Shown piece after piece: positions 12,563 through 28,717 of a DNA stretch of 64,000 nt; position 1 is the stretch's first letter; every line of letters starts with the position of its first letter. The notes below the pieces were generated by a model. That model did not search any database. It saw only the letters and a program-made list of their open reading frames with translations, and had not been told where the DNA came from. Origin of the DNA: Octopus vulgaris (taxonomy: Eukaryota). The DNA is taken from contig OX597822.1 of the NCBI GenBank assembly GCA_951406725.2, positions 38,998,001 through 39,062,000 of the forward strand. Reading direction: 5' to 3'. The position numbers and the translations under genes were made by a program.

Positions 12563-13360
12563 AGGCAGCGTGCTGGCAGAAACGTTAGCATGCCGGGCGA
12601 AATGCTTAGCGGTATTTCGTTTGCCGCTAGGTTCTGAGTTCAAATTGCGCCGAGGTCGACTTTGTCTTTCATCCTTTCGGGGTCGATTAAATAAGTATCA
12701 GTTACGCACTGAGGTCTATGTAATCGACTTAATCCATTTGTCTGTCCTTGTTTGTCCCCTCTGTGTGTAGCGCCTTGTGGGTAGTAAAGAAATAGGTATT
12801 TCGTCTGCCGCCACGATCTGAGATCAAATTCCGCCGAGGTCGACTTTACCCTTCATCCTTTCAGGGTCGATTAAATAAGTACCAGTTACGCACTTGGGGC
12901 GATATAATCGACTTAATCCGTTTGTCTGTCCTTGTTACTCCTTTCTGTGTTTAGCCCCTTGTGGGTAGTAAAGAAATGGGTATAAAGGCGGTGAGCTGGT
13001 AGAAACGTTAGCATGCCGGGCGAAATGCTTAGCGGTATTTCGTCTGCCGCTAGGTTCTGAGTTCAAATTGCGCCGAGGTCGACTTTGCCTTTCATCCTTT
13101 CGGGGTCGATAAATTAAGTACCAGTTACGCACTGGGGTCGATGTAATCGACTTAATACCTATGTCTGTCCTTGTTTGTCCCCTCTGTGTTTAGCCCCTTG
13201 TGGGTAATAAAGAAATAGGTATTTCGTCTGCCGTTACGTTCTGAGTTCAAATTCCGCCGAGGTCGACTTTGCCTTTCATCCTTTCGGGGGTCGATTAAAT
13301 AAGAACCAGTTACTTGTTTGTCCCCTCTATGTTTAGCCCCTTATGGGCAATAAAGAAATG
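12563..13360 (+). mobile_element. Tandem/compound SINE family A
   Basis: Two heads plus repeated 3' units joined at aaagaaataggtatttcgtctg. Confidence 0.8.
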
Positions 13361-14494
13361 AAAAGATAATGTATGTATGTATGTATGTATGTATGTATGT
13401 ATGTATGTATGTATGTATGTATGTATGTATGTCGCTTTTGGGCGTCACTGGTAACGTAAACGCAGTACAATCTGCTGCATGGTCGGGTCGTTGGCGATTA
13501 AACTGGCAACCCCATCAAGCCTGCTTGGTGAGGAAGGTGATTGCTGGACACCCTGCAGGACGAAAAATAAGAACTGTCAAACGGCGGAAGAGCTCATGAG
13601 TAGTCAACGGCCATCCAACAATATGTTTACATGTTTATGTATGTATGTATGTTTGCACGGGGACGTGGAAATACCTGGGTTGGTGTCGAGGCGCGCAGTT
13701 GGCCCACTGGGAGTGGGAGGAGGCCCCTCTATTGTTGTCATAACATCTCTCTAGGAGAAGGAAACTCCGAGAGAAAATCTGCTACACTGACAATATTCGA
13801 TGATGTAGACTAGTTCTTCTTTTCGAGCGTATGTTATCCATGTTCAGAGAGTGGGATTGGATTTGTGCAAATCCTTCATTTACCTATAAAGAATCATCGC
13901 GCACAGGTTTCGCTTGAAAAAATGTAAGACCTATCACAAAAATGGCTGGTTGTAACCTTCGCAAGTGTAGGACTTTCGATCAGGCGATGGCAATACTCGA
14001 ACACGAGTTTGCAGCCATCATCTATGTATGTATGTATGTATGTATGTATGTATGTATGTATGTATGTATGTATGTATGTATGTATGTATGTATGCATGCA
14101 TGCATGCATGCATGTACGTCTGTATGTATGTCCCAGTTCAATTCGAATACTTATCGTTGTTGCCGAAGTAGTGCCAGTGATGTTTGTATGTCATTATTCA
14201 GTTTTATTTCAAGATTTCAAACAAACAAACAAACAAACACAACTGAAAACAATTCAAAAGTATATAATTATTCTTTTTGCTTTTCCGTTATTGATTCGAC
14301 ATTCTCCAAAATACAATGCTGAAGTAACTGATAATAACATTTTGCAAATCTTTGTCTGAGCAGGTCTTGAAGCTGTATGAACGAGTGCGTCAGAATGTAG
14401 GTATGATCCGATACATACAATACGCACATACATACACTCATACACATATACACACCATACATACACACACGCGTATATACATATAAACACAGAC

Positions 14495-14534
<40 letters not shown>

Positions 14535-14934
14535 GTATGTATGTATGTATGTATGTATGTATGTATGTATGTATGTATGTATGTATGTATGTATGTATGT
14601 ATGTATGTATGTATGCATATATGTATGTATGCATGTATGTATGTATGTATGTATGTATGTATGTATGTATGTATGTATGTATGTATGTATGTATGTGTGT
14701 ATGTATGTATGTATGCATTATTACAGAGAATGGGAAGCATCTGGCTCTCGGTGCGTGTCACGACCCGTCCATCGATTGCGGCACAGACATCAAATGAAAT
14801 GAGCAGCGCAGCGCGGCGTTCGTCAACACATCACCTGCGCCTTAACCACTGACTCGAACCTTTACGTAAACAGCTACCTGACTTCCTATGGATCGAACAA
14901 TCATATGCTCAATCGCACACAATCTCACTTGTTA

Positions 14935-15008
<74 letters not shown>

Positions 15009-15399
15009 TATGTTTATAACATAGTAGCATAAACACACATGTACATGTTTATGCATGTATGTATGTATGTATGTGTGTGTGTATACACATACACACACAT
15101 ACATACATACATACATACATACATACATACATACATACATACATACATACATACATACATACATACATACCCACCCACAAGAGTAAACAAGAGAGACAGA
15201 GACAGAGACAGGCAGAAACAAGGAAAATGCTTCTTGTATTTGAACACTATGCAAATATTCTATTAAAATACTTTTCATTTAATTTTTCCATAATTTAATT
15301 GTCTTCCATACTTACAATTGAAAAAGTCTCAATGACTGAAACCGGGACTGAAATGATTTTTATAAAATTATTTTAGCATTTTCTACCTTGAATTTTTTT

Positions 15400-15443
<44 letters not shown>

Positions 15444-15449
<6 letters not shown>

Positions 15450-15631
15450 TTTGTAGAAGGAGCTTCTACAGAACTAGAACTGTTTCATTCAAAAGAGATC
15501 ATCCTGATGATCTCTTTTGAATGAAACAGTTCTAGTTCTGTAGAAGCTCCTTCTACAAAATAAATTAATTTACTCTGCTATGTATTGAGTACCTTATTTA
15601 CTGTGGTTAACCCCGACTCAACCCGGGACCT
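15444..15631. mobile_element. (TA)n-flanked fold-back element with truncated hammerhead
   Basis: About 60-bp inverted repeat (15444-15565) centred at ~15503, where the right arm starts ctgatga..gaaac agttctagttct gta. Confidence 0.6.
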
Positions 15632-15947
15632 ACATATATATATATATATATATCAATTCGTGTGTTCCTTTTCAACCTTCTATATACATACATACATACA
15701 TACATACATACATACATACATACATACATACATACATACATACATACATACATACATTACTTGTTTCATTCATTTGACTTCAGCTATACTGGAGCACCAC
15801 TTTTAGTCAAACAATTCGATCCTAGGTCTTATTCTTTGTGAGTCCGGTACTTATTCTACCGGTATTTTTAGCCGAACTGCTGAGTTATGGGAACGTAAGG
15901 ACACCAACATCGGTTGTCAGGCGATGGTGGTGGGGGGACAAACACAG

Positions 15948-16017
<70 letters not shown>

Positions 16018-16252
16018 CAAACACACAAACACACACACACAAACACACTGTGTATATGATGCTTCACTGATGAGTCGTAATTAAATCGAAACAAGTCCAG
16101 AGTACTTTACCTTACTAGATGGAATAAATCATATTCATCTCTAACTAATATTTATCATCTCCCTCAAAGGATAATTATTTCACACACGTGCACACACACA
16201 CACACACACACACACTTGTAGTTATATCTTAAAATGTGTGTGTGTGTGAGTG

Positions 16253-16331
<79 letters not shown>

Positions 16332-16541
16332 TTACTTACTTAACTTACTTATACGCTAGATATTTCGGTGACGGAATACCCAGCATATGAAAATGTAGAT
16401 CAACACATTGATCCAATACATATCCCAGAAACAGCTGTAAGACACTATTATTTTTATCTTTACTTACTACTCTTCACCATTAAACTAATTTAAATTAATT
16501 GATAAGCTTGTTCTGCCTTGATTTTGTTTTCCTCTTCTTCG

Positions 16542-16600
<59 letters not shown>

Positions 16601-16603
16601 TAT

Positions 16604-16952
16604 ATGAATAAAAAATGGAGTTAACGTAGGTTTAAACAAGTATTTTTACTTTCGACACATGTTTCGAAAATTCCACTGATACTATTCAAAAGAATAAATG
16701 GTATAAACAATGCAATCTTCTCTTCGGGAAAGTGAAAAAAACGAAACTCGTCAATCCCATTTTAGCAAAAAATGATCATTTTTTGCTAAAATGTCGTATT
16801 GACGAGTTTCGTTTTTTTCACTTTCCCGAAGAGAAGATTGCATTGTTTATACCATTTATTCTTTTGAATAGTATCAGTGGAATTTTCGAAACATATGTGT
16901 CGAAAGTAAAAATACTTGTTTAAACCTGCGTTAACTCCATTTTTTATTCATA
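16604..16952. mobile_element. (TA)n-flanked fold-back element with a hammerhead in each arm
   Basis: About 170-bp arms centred at aatgatcatt (16771-16780). The arms differ by a few changes. Confidence 0.8.
16820..16907 (+). ncRNA. Type I hammerhead, U4C core variant
   Basis: Stem I actttc/gaaagt, core CCGAAGA, stem II gaagatt/aattttc, GAAAC atatgt GTC. Confidence 0.7.
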
Positions 16953-17013
16953 TTATTCAAAATATTCAACGTAAACACGAAGTTTCAACCTTTATAAACA
17001 AGGAGTTACAACA

Positions 17014-17066
<53 letters not shown>

Positions 17067-17127
17067 GGGGTGAGTACTTGATAATTATAAGCACCTGTGT
17101 ATACCGTTTGGTGGTGTAGGTGGTGGA

Positions 17128-17287
17128 GTAAATTGATCAAAATAAAAACATGATGCGAAGGACTCAGCGGTACATATGTTTCGGGCCTTTATAAATCTGT
17201 TATAAATGCATTGTTATAAATCTGTCTAATAAAGGCCCGAAACATATGTACCGCTGAGTCCTTCGCATCATGTTTTTATTTTGATCA

Positions 17288-17292
<5 letters not shown>
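17128..17292. repeat. Fold-back repeat holding the 3' half of a hammerhead
   Basis: About 65-bp arms. The right arm has ggccc GAAAC atat GTA. Ends in (TA)n. Confidence 0.6.
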
Positions 17293-17355
<63 letters not shown>

Positions 17356-17356
17356 G

Positions 17357-17391
<35 letters not shown>

Positions 17392-17417
17392 GTATATGAT
17401 CTATCTAACTATCTAGT

Positions 17418-17700
17418 GGAGGCGCAATGGCCCATTGGTTAGGGCAGCGGACTCGCGGTCGGAGGATTGCGGTTTCAATTCCCTGACCGGGCGTTGTGTG
17501 TGTTTATTGAGCGAAAACACCTAAAAGCTCCACGAGGCTCCGGCAGGGGATGGTGGCGACCCTTGTTGTACTCTTTCGCCACACCAAAATGGCCTGCTCG
17601 CTTAGCCAGCGGGGTGGCGTCATTCGAATTCTAAAACAATACGAATGCATTGTGACCAGCGATGTGTAGCAACATCTGATGGTCTGGTCGGTCACGTGAT
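17418..17700 (+). mobile_element. SINE family C (tRNA-Arg-like head)
   Basis: ggaggcgcaatggcccattggttagggcagcggactcgcggtc head with A/B-box-like motifs and a TCG anticodon-like loop. Related copies at 23608-23920 and 32085-32440. Confidence 0.75.
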
Positions 17701-18222
17701 CTCTCTCTCTCTCTCTCTCTCTCTCTAACTATCTATCTATCTATTCAGTAAGTGGGGTATCGGGGAAACCAACGAGGCGCTTACTTCAGACAGTATTTCA
17801 TTGAATGACGGTTATTCAATTTTTTATAACGGAGAATCTCCTCAGTAGAAATATTAGCTCCAAAGAAACAGAAAAACCGGACGTTTTATCTTCGGAATAT
17901 AAATAACCAGCGGAGAATAGATGTGATTTTTTTGGCTAATATTTTTATTCACGGCTTACGATTGTTTCAGTAACGTGTGAAGGAAAAATTAAACGATATG
18001 CAGGAACATATGGATGAGAATAATAACGCTATCACATCGATTATATAATATGCCTTAACTGTGGGTTATTCATTGCATAAAGCATATGATGTAATCGATA
18101 TTGTTGTACTATTGCTCTCTTTCATGTATTCATGTATGTTGTTTAATTTACCCCTCACACGATATTGAAACAATTGTTAATGGTGTAACATAATTGGAAC
18201 GACATCAGTCTTCACTTGTTCA

Positions 18223-19613
<1,391 letters not shown>

Positions 19614-20214
19614 CCTGCTCGCTTAGCCGGCGGGGTGGCGTCATTTGAAGGCTAAAACAATGCGAAGCGCATTGTGACCAGCGATGTGTAACAACATCTG
19701 ATAGCCTGGTCGGTCACGTGATCACGTGATATATATATATATTCCTAGTTTTCCCACAATACCAATGCCCGGACAACACCATTGACCAAACACGAATAAA
19801 TAGGGAAAATAATCTCATTCCAAAATACAGACCACAACTCAACATACTCTAACATACCCCTCCCAGGTACACACCCAAAACAAACACACAGAAACAGGTA
19901 CAGATGTACAAAATCACACACACAAAAACAATGCAAACCTCCGACGCAAACACACACATACACATACGTATACACACATACGCACAAACACAATATCCCC
20001 ACACTAGAGCACAAACCCACACACATTCCAAGAAAAAAACACATACATAGGCGCAGGTGTGGCTGTGTGGTAAGTAGCTTGCTTACCAACCACATGGTTC
20101 CGGGTTCAGTCCCACTGCGTGGCATCTTGGGCAAGTGTCTTCTGCTATAGCCCCGGGCCGACCAATGCCTTTTGAGTGGATTTGGTAGACGGAAACTGAA
20201 AGAAGCCTGTCGTA

Positions 20215-20311
<97 letters not shown>

Positions 20312-21149
20312 TTGTGTGTCTGTGTTTGTCCTCCTAGCATTGCTTGACAACCGATGCTGGTGTGTTTACGTCCCCGTCACTTAGCGGTTCGGCAAAAGAG
20401 ACCGATAGAATAAGTACTGAGCTTACAAAGAATAAGTCCCGGGGTCGATTTGCTCGACTAAAGGCGGTGCTCCAGCATGGCCGCAGTCAAATGACTGAAA
20501 CAAGTAAAAGAGTAAAAGAGTAAAGAGTACATATATACACTAGCAATACGATTCTAGCAACCATAACCAACACTCACGCATACATACATACATACGTAAA
20601 CACATACATGCACACACCTACACACACGACTCCGACAATTACAAATCACGTTCACACAAACTCACCCACCACACATACACAAATACACGAACACGCAAAT
20701 ACGCAAATACAACGCAACCCACACAAACACACGCATATATACACACATATGTACACACACGCATACAAATACAATACGCCCGTTCCCAGTAAAAAAATCA
20801 CACACACGCGCTCAAAAGAAAAAAACACACACACATATACACACAATACAATCTCAACAATCACTACAAACACTCACAAACACACATACACACAAGCATA
20901 CGCACACACACACAATAACACACACTTCCCCGACAAATACAAGATACATAGATACACTCACAGAAACACACCCACACGTATACACACACACACTGCACTA
21001 ACAATACAAACAAATCACTCACAAATACAGCACACACACACACATGTGCACCCCCTCCCGGAAACTTCATAAGCCATACCCACATACACACACACAAATG
21101 CATACTCAGTACCAACATACAGAAAACGCATATGCACACACATACATGA

Positions 21150-21665
21150 TCGAATGTGACTTTTTAGCCCAGCTAAAGATCTACAATGTCTTGTACAAAA
21201 TTGGCACCTAAAACCTTTACTGGTAATAGCCGGCTGTAGTTGTAACTGGGCTTCATGTACCTTTGCATGTCGTTTAGTCCTCCTGCCGAATTACACTCTC
21301 TTCCACATGCCCGACAGATATGATTAGAATGGTGTGTTACACCACCACCAGTGGCCAGGTTGTCACTCATCTGTCTCGTTTTATGACTACGAAGATGACT
21401 CTTGAGTCCAGCTTTACTGAGGTAGGGTCTTGCACAGACATTGCATGTCAGCATCAAAGGAAGACCCTTCCCTTCTGGAAGTGTAACAGTGATGCCCTTC
21501 CTGACATCCCTCCTTACTTTCTCATGTGCAACTCGAGATTTCTCAAAAGTGGCTGTCCCCTCATGCACAATCCTTCTCCACCTGCTACGATCACTAGCTA
21601 TGCCTTCCCATATGTCAGGAGAGATGCAAGCATCTCTTAAGGAAGCCTTCAGCAAGTCCTTATAC
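21150..21665 (-). mobile_element. RTE-clade LINE 3' fragment with C2H2-like zinc fingers
   Basis: ORF 21173-21694: WEGIASDRSRWRRIV (RTE C-terminal motif), then CNVCARPYLSKAGLKSHLRSH and CRACGREC. Confidence 0.75.
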
Positions 21666-21703
21666 CAAAACAATATATATATATATATACACACACATAC
21701 TTA

Positions 21704-22982
21704 CAGTGGTTAGACAAAATAATAGAAACACCTAGCATCATAGCATCATAATTTTGAAATATCTATAAAACCGTCAAAAATCTTATTTATTTTTATGTTT
21801 TTTGATTTATTATTAGTGTTGCTTAATTTGTTTTGCTAAAACTGCTGTTTCTTTTCAGATATCACCAGAAAAAAGTAATTAAGATTCTTTAAAATGACAG
21901 ATCTATCGGACTTTCAAAGAGTTTAAATTGTTGGTGCTCGAATGGCAGACGATAAGTGTAACGAAAACAGCCGAAATGTTTGGTGTATCAAGAAGTACTG
22001 TCTCGAAAGTAATGATAGCTTTTGAGAAAGAGGGAAAAACCTCCTCGTCGAAATAAAACTCCGGAAGAAAACCAAAACTTTCAGACAGGGACCGTCGGAC
22101 TCTTATGCGAATTGTTAGAAAGGATCACAAAAGTACAGCTCCCAAAATTACTTGCAGAGCCTAATGACCACCTCGAGAACCCAGTTTCCACAAAAACTAT
22201 TCGCCAGGAGCTTCACAAAGCCGGATTTAACGGGAGGCTTGCAATCAGAAAACCACTACTTTCAAAAAGAAACATTGCAAAGCGTTTAGAGTTGACTAAA
22301 AACCCACAAAATTGGTCCCTAGAGCAGTGGAAGAATGTTATTTTCTCGGATCAGTCATTCTTTACCTTATTTCCGACCACCGGCCGAGTATACGTGTGGA
22401 GACAGCCAAAAAAAGCATTTGACCCAGACTGCCTTCTTCCAACTGTTAAACATGGAGGAGGATCTGTGATGATCTGGGGTGGGGGCTATATCTTGGAAAT
22501 CCGCCGGCCCAAAGGTTTCTCTTCATGGCAGAATTAACAGTCAAGACTATTTAAGCATTTTCTCTCATTAAATTTATCCTATGGTTGCGGAACTGTTTCT
22601 GGTGGAAAACGCAATCTTTCAGTATGATAATGCACCGATTCACACTGCTAAAATTGTTACTGAATGGCACGAGGAACATTTTAGTGAAGTCGAACATCAT
22701 ATCTAGCCACCACAGTCCTCAGATCTCAATATTATTGAACATTTATGGTGCATTTTAGAAAGACAAGTTAGGAGTTGATATCCTCCACCATCATCAGTAC
22801 AAGACCTGGAAACTGTCTTAGCTGAAGAATGGACAAAAATTCCTTTGGAAACAATGCAAACTTTGTACGAGCCCATCCTCGTAGAATTCAAGCTGTAATT
22901 ACTGTCTAAAGCGGTCCTACCCCATATTAAAATAAATTTGTTTGAAATTTTAAGGTGTTTCCATTATTTTGTTCAGCCTCTG
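21704..22982 (+). mobile_element. Full-length degenerate Tc1 transposon
   Basis: Imperfect TIRs cagtggttagacaaaataatagaaacacct / aggtgtttccattattttgttcagcctctg. TA on both sides. Frameshifted transposase with WKNVIFSD, PTVKHGGGSVMIWG, DNAPIH and DLNIIEHLW. Confidence 0.92.
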
Positions 22983-23004
22983 TATATGTGTGTGTATGTA
23001 TGCG

Positions 23005-23056
<52 letters not shown>

Positions 23057-23077
23057 AATATATATATAAATATATAC

Positions 23078-23110
<33 letters not shown>

Positions 23111-23508
23111 CATATATATATAAGGAGGGAAGAAGGGAAGGAGGGAAAGGGTGGGGGCGTATGTAATGTGCCAGTGTGTGTGTTGAGTGGTAGTGTGTGT
23201 GTGTCCAGTGTGCGTAGTTGTATGTATGGCAAGTAAATTTGACGTGTGTGTAAGTGTAATGTATATGTATATGCAAATGTGTGTGTATGAGTGGGTGTGT
23301 GTATGTGTGTGCGTGTGTGTATGCAAAAGTGTGTGTGTGGGTGGGTGTTTTATGTACAAAAAAAGGGGGGGTATTAAGGAAAAAAAAACTACAGCTGAGA
23401 GAAAGATGGAAGAGTGGTCCCGCGGCGACAGGCGTGGGAGAACCCAAAGAGGCGCGCCAGCCCCAGATACGAACAGGAGAAATAGTCGGTACCCGCGAGC
23501 GTGGTGCA

Positions 23509-23565
<57 letters not shown>

Positions 23566-23918
23566 CTGTATATACATACATATATATGTGTTTGTATGTA
23601 TGTATGTGGAGGCGCGTGGCTCAGTGGTTAGGGCACTCGGCTGATGATCGTAAGGTAGTGGGTTCAATTCCCAACGACGCATTGTGTCCTTGAGCAAGAC
23701 ACTTTATTCAAGACACTTTATTTCACATTGCTCCAGTCCACTCACCAGGGGAAAATGAGTTGTGCCTGTGTGTCACACTGAATCTCCCTGAGAACTACGT
23801 TAAGGGTGCACGTGTCTGTGGAGTGCTCAGCCACTTGCACGTTAATTTCACGAGCAAATTGTTCCGTTGATCGTATCAGCCGGAACCCTCGTCGTCGTAA
23901 CCGACGGAGTGCTCCTCC

Positions 23919-23964
<46 letters not shown>

Positions 23965-24022
23965 GTAACATTTTAACTACATCCAACAATCTATATGTAT
24001 TTTTATTGTTTCATACATACCT

Positions 24023-24057
<35 letters not shown>

Positions 24058-24063
24058 AACACA

Positions 24064-24126
<63 letters not shown>

Positions 24127-24353
24127 ATTTATACATATATATGATGGACTTCAGTTAGTTTCCTTCTACCAAGTCCGCTCAGAAGGCTTTAATCGGTCAG
24201 ACGCTACGATACGATACATTTGCCCTTGATACCAGCCTGCCGAAGAACATACGTACCTATCTATCTACATATCGACCTAACAACCTTTATACATAGATGC
24301 ATACATGCATACATACATACATACATACATACATATACAGCTACATACATACA

Positions 24354-24399
<46 letters not shown>

Positions 24400-24999
24400 C
24401 ATATATGCGTACATACATTGATACATACATACATAGATATATAGATAGATAGATACATACATAGATACATACATGCATATATACAAATATAGATACATAC
24501 ATGGATACATGCACAGCTACATACATACATGCATGGCTACATTCATACATAGATACATATGTGCATACATGATACATATATACATAGCTACATACATACA
24601 TACATAAATACATACATAAATACATAGTTACATAGATACATACATACACACATAGCTACTTGTATACATACATAGCTACATATATACATGCATATATTTA
24701 TGCATCCATACATACATGCGTGCATGCATGAATACATGTGTACATAGATACATAGATACATACTTACATATTTATACATACATACATACATACATAATAC
24801 TCACACACATACATACATCCATACATACATACGTACGCACATACATACATACATACATACATACATACATACATACATACATACATACATACATACATAC
24901 ACGTAGATATATTCAGGAAGGTAATTAAATACCATTAAATCTATAATTGATTTTATATCTCTATATATTGACGATGCACGCTATGTATGCGTGTGGAGG

Positions 25000-25055
<56 letters not shown>

Positions 25056-25301
25056 ACATACGGACTCACAAAACGCACGCATGCATACATGCATACACAC
25101 ACACACATACATATACACTTACGCAGGGCATATATATATATAAATACACACAAACATTTATATATACATAGTGTGTGTGTGTGTGTGTATGTATGTGTAT
25201 GTATGTATGCATGTATATGTATTGAAGCATTTTGTATTATGTATGTATGTATGCATGCATGCGTTCATGTATATATGTATGTATATATATATATATATAT
25301 A

Positions 25302-26160
25302 CAGGGTACGATGAATAAACTGTAGTCTAAATATCTGTTAAAATGAAAATAACACTGATATCTCACTTTAACAGACATATTTACGAAAATTGCATAAAAT
25401 TGCATTGAAATACTAAAGAGTAAATATTTTCAATGAAATCGCCATTAGCTTCAACCACGGCCTCCAGACGACTTCTGGAAAGTCTTCTTGTTTAAGTTGG
25501 TGAATACTGCCATAATCCTTGCCTTCAGTTCATCTTTGGTGGTACAAGGAGTTTTGTTGGTCTCTCACCCAACTGCGCCCCAAACAATAATGAAGGGAGT
25601 TGCTGTCTAGAGAGTTAGGTGGTCAGATGCTCGGCGTGATGTGGTCACAGGAATTCTCTGACAGCATGACAGCCATGACTGGGTTCTCCTGCTTGTGTGG
25701 TATGATGCAGAGTCCTGTTGTCAGACATTGGGTCTTCCTGTAGCCACCCTCTTGACCCAAGGCAGCACCTCCTCCTCCAGGTACTTGATGTAGGCCTCCG
25801 TGTTGAGTCAGAGGCCGTGTGGGAAGATAAATGGAGCCGTAACGACGCCATCACTAGTGATCACTCCAAACACCATGATGTTGACTGGATGTTTGATTTT
25901 TATCACTCTCGCTTCATGTCCCCAGATTGACACCCAAACACTCTCAAATGTTCGTATTGAATCCTCCGGTGCGAATGCCAAGCAGTACAGCATGTCGTTT
26001 CCAAGTTTCTGGCAGAGTGAACTGCATCATGGTGCTGTTTTCCTCATAGACAGTGCCCAACTGACCCTCCTATACTGTGTAGTCAACAAAATCAAAAACA
26101 AACCATGACACCGCGAAATAAAAAAAGATAAAATGTGGACTATTTACTCATCGCACACTG
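25302..26160 (-). mobile_element. Internally deleted Tc1/mariner (maT/DD37D-like) element
   Basis: TIRs cagggtacgatgaataaa / tttactcatcgcacactg, TA flanks. Minus-strand KHPVNIMVFGVITSDG..PFIFPHGL and QQDSA motifs. Confidence 0.75.
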
Positions 26161-26649
26161 TACATATATATATTCTTTTATTTGTTTCAGTAATTTGACC
26201 GCGGCCATGCTGGAGTACCGCCTTTAATCGAACAAATCGACCCCAGGACTTATTCTTTCTAAGCCCAGTACTTATTCTATCGGTCACTTTTTGCCGAACC
26301 GCTGAGTTACGGGCAACGTAAACACACAAACATCGGTTGTCAAGCGATGGTAGGGGTTCAAACACAGACACACAAACAAATTTACCCTCACGCACACACG
26401 CACACATACATATATGACAGGTCTCTTTCAGTATCCATCTATCAAATCCGCTCACAAGGCTTTGGTCGGCCCGAGGCTATAGTATAAGATATTTGTCCAA
26501 GGTGCCACGCAGTAAGACTGAACCCGGAACCAAATGGTTGGTAAGCAAGCTACTTACTACACACCCACGCTTCCGGATATGCATATATATATATTGGCTT
26601 AAGTCTTTCATTGTTTGATTTGCATAATAGTCTCTAATTTAATATAATA

Positions 26650-26765
<116 letters not shown>

Positions 26766-26767
26766 TA

Positions 26768-27114
26768 CAGGGTGATTCAAAAGTCTCCGTACATGGGAAA
26801 AATTTATATTTTTATAAGAAACAGTTTATAAGATTCCCTAGATTCCTTGATCTGACCTCTCTTGATTTCTATCTTTAGGGGCATTCGAACGGCATGGCGT
26901 ATCGCGGAAAGATAAAAGACAAAACATCTGAAGGAAAGCATCACCAACTCATTTGCGCAAGTATCACCAGATGTGCTATTACAAGTTCACAATGAGTGGA
27001 GTAGACGTATTGCAATGTGTATTCAAAACAATGGTAACCATATAGAGGATGTTAAATAAAAAAAGAAACTGTTCTTATAAACTGTTCCTTTAAAAAAGAT
27101 GCGACGTTTGAATC

Positions 27115-27120
<6 letters not shown>
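26768..27120 (+). mobile_element. Short Tc1/mariner deletion derivative
   Basis: TIR cagggtgattcaaa / tttgaatcacccta. Remnant DLTSLDFYL motif. Confidence 0.65.
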
Positions 27121-27169
<49 letters not shown>

Positions 27170-27503
27170 TTCTTTCCTGAGCGTCCAATAATACTTTATT
27201 TGTTCCACGTCCTTGCGTTGTTGTTTTTTTTGTTTTTGTTTTCTTGTTTGGATTAACTTTATATATATATATATATAATTAATCAATTAATGGTGGCAAA
27301 AAAAATTTTGTAGAATTCTTTTGCCACCAGCGGCCTAGTAGGAAAAAATTAAATAGTCATAAACCATTTTTACGTTCAACATCACAATCAAGGAACGGCC
27401 ATAATAGGCCATTCACCCACTAGAAATAACAGCCAAAAGCTTTAACCGCAAAATAACATTAATTCCGTAAACCAGGAGAAAATTGAAAAACTTTTACCCT
27501 GTA

Positions 27504-27610
27504 ATTTCTTAGACGATGCACCGTTTCATCTACCGTTTAATGGTAAACTAACCTGATTAAATTAAATCAAGCCAATCCACCATAGGCCCTTAGACTCATC
27601 AGTAAGAAAT
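27504..27610 (-). ncRNA. Type I hammerhead ribozyme (array copy, minus strand)
   Basis: Exact reverse complement of the plus-strand HHRs. Predicted cleavage between 27512 and 27511. Confidence 0.85.
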
Positions 27611-28228
27611 AGCCAAGTCGGAACAGATATTTTTCACGAGACATTCCGCTTGCTACCTCGGCAATATCTGACCTAAAATTTTCAAATCGTCGCACTCGCG
27701 CCAAATTTATCGGCAGCAAATAAATATAAGCCACCGATTCCATTACGGAACTAACCAGAAAATTCATAATTAATCAATATAGGGTGGCAAAAAAATTTTG
27801 TAGAATTCTTTTGCCACCAGCGGCCTAGTAGGAAAAAATTAAATAGTCATAAACCATTTTTACGTTCAACATCACAATCAAGGAACGGCCATAATAGGCC
27901 ATTCACCCACTAGAAATAACAGCCAAAAGCTTTAACCGCAAAATAACATTAATTCCGTAAACCAGGAGAAAATTGAAAAACTTTTATGGTTTATGACTAT
28001 TTAATTTTTTCCTACTAGGCCGCTGGTGGCAAAAGAATTCTACAAAATTTTTTTTGCCACCCTATATTGATTAATTATGAATTTTCTGGTTAGTTCCGTA
28101 ATGGAATCGGTGGCTTATATTTATTTGCTGCCGATAAATTTGGCGCGAGTGCGACGATTTGAAAATTTTAGGTCAGATATTGCCGAGGTAGCAAGAGGAA
28201 TGCCTCGTGAAAAATATCTGTTCCGACT

Positions 28229-28335
28229 ATTTCTTACTGATGAGTCTAAGGGCCTATGGTGGATTGGCTTGATTTAATTTAATCAGGTTAGTTTACCATT
28301 AAACGGTAGATGAAACGGTGCATCGTCTAAGAAAT
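28229..28335 (+). ncRNA. Type I hammerhead ribozyme (array copy 1)
   Basis: Stem I atttctta/taagaaat, core CTGATGA (28237-28243), stem II gtcta/tagat, GAAAC (28312-28316), stem III acggtgcatcgt, GUC cleavage after 28327. Confidence 0.88.
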
Positions 28336-28717
28336 TACAGGGTAAAAGTTTTTCAATTTTCTCCTGGTTTACGGAATTAATGTTATTTTGCGGTTAAAGC
28401 TTTTGGCTGTTATTTCTAGTGGGTGAATGGCCTATTATGGCCGTTCCTTGATTGTGATGTTGAACGTAAAAATGTTTATGACTATTTAATTTTTTCCTAC
28501 TAGGCCGCTGGTGGCAAAAGAATTCTACAAAATTTTTTTGCCACCCTATATTGATTAATTATGAATTTTCTGGTTAGTTCCGTAATGGAATCGGTGGCTT
28601 ATATTTATTTGCTGCCGATAAATTTGGCGCGAGTGCGACGATTTGAAAATTTTAGGTCAGATATTGCCGAGGTAGCAAGAGGAATGCCTCGTGAAAAATA
28701 TCTGTTCCGACTTGGCT

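Noticed and set aside
16062-16105. ctgatgagtcg..tcgaaacaagtc hammerhead candidate
   Set aside because: Core words are present but there is no convincing stem I. At best a decayed copy.
17418-17490. tRNA-Arg gene
   Set aside because: The tRNA-like sequence is the head of a dispersed SINE and continues into the SINE body. No proper acceptor stem.
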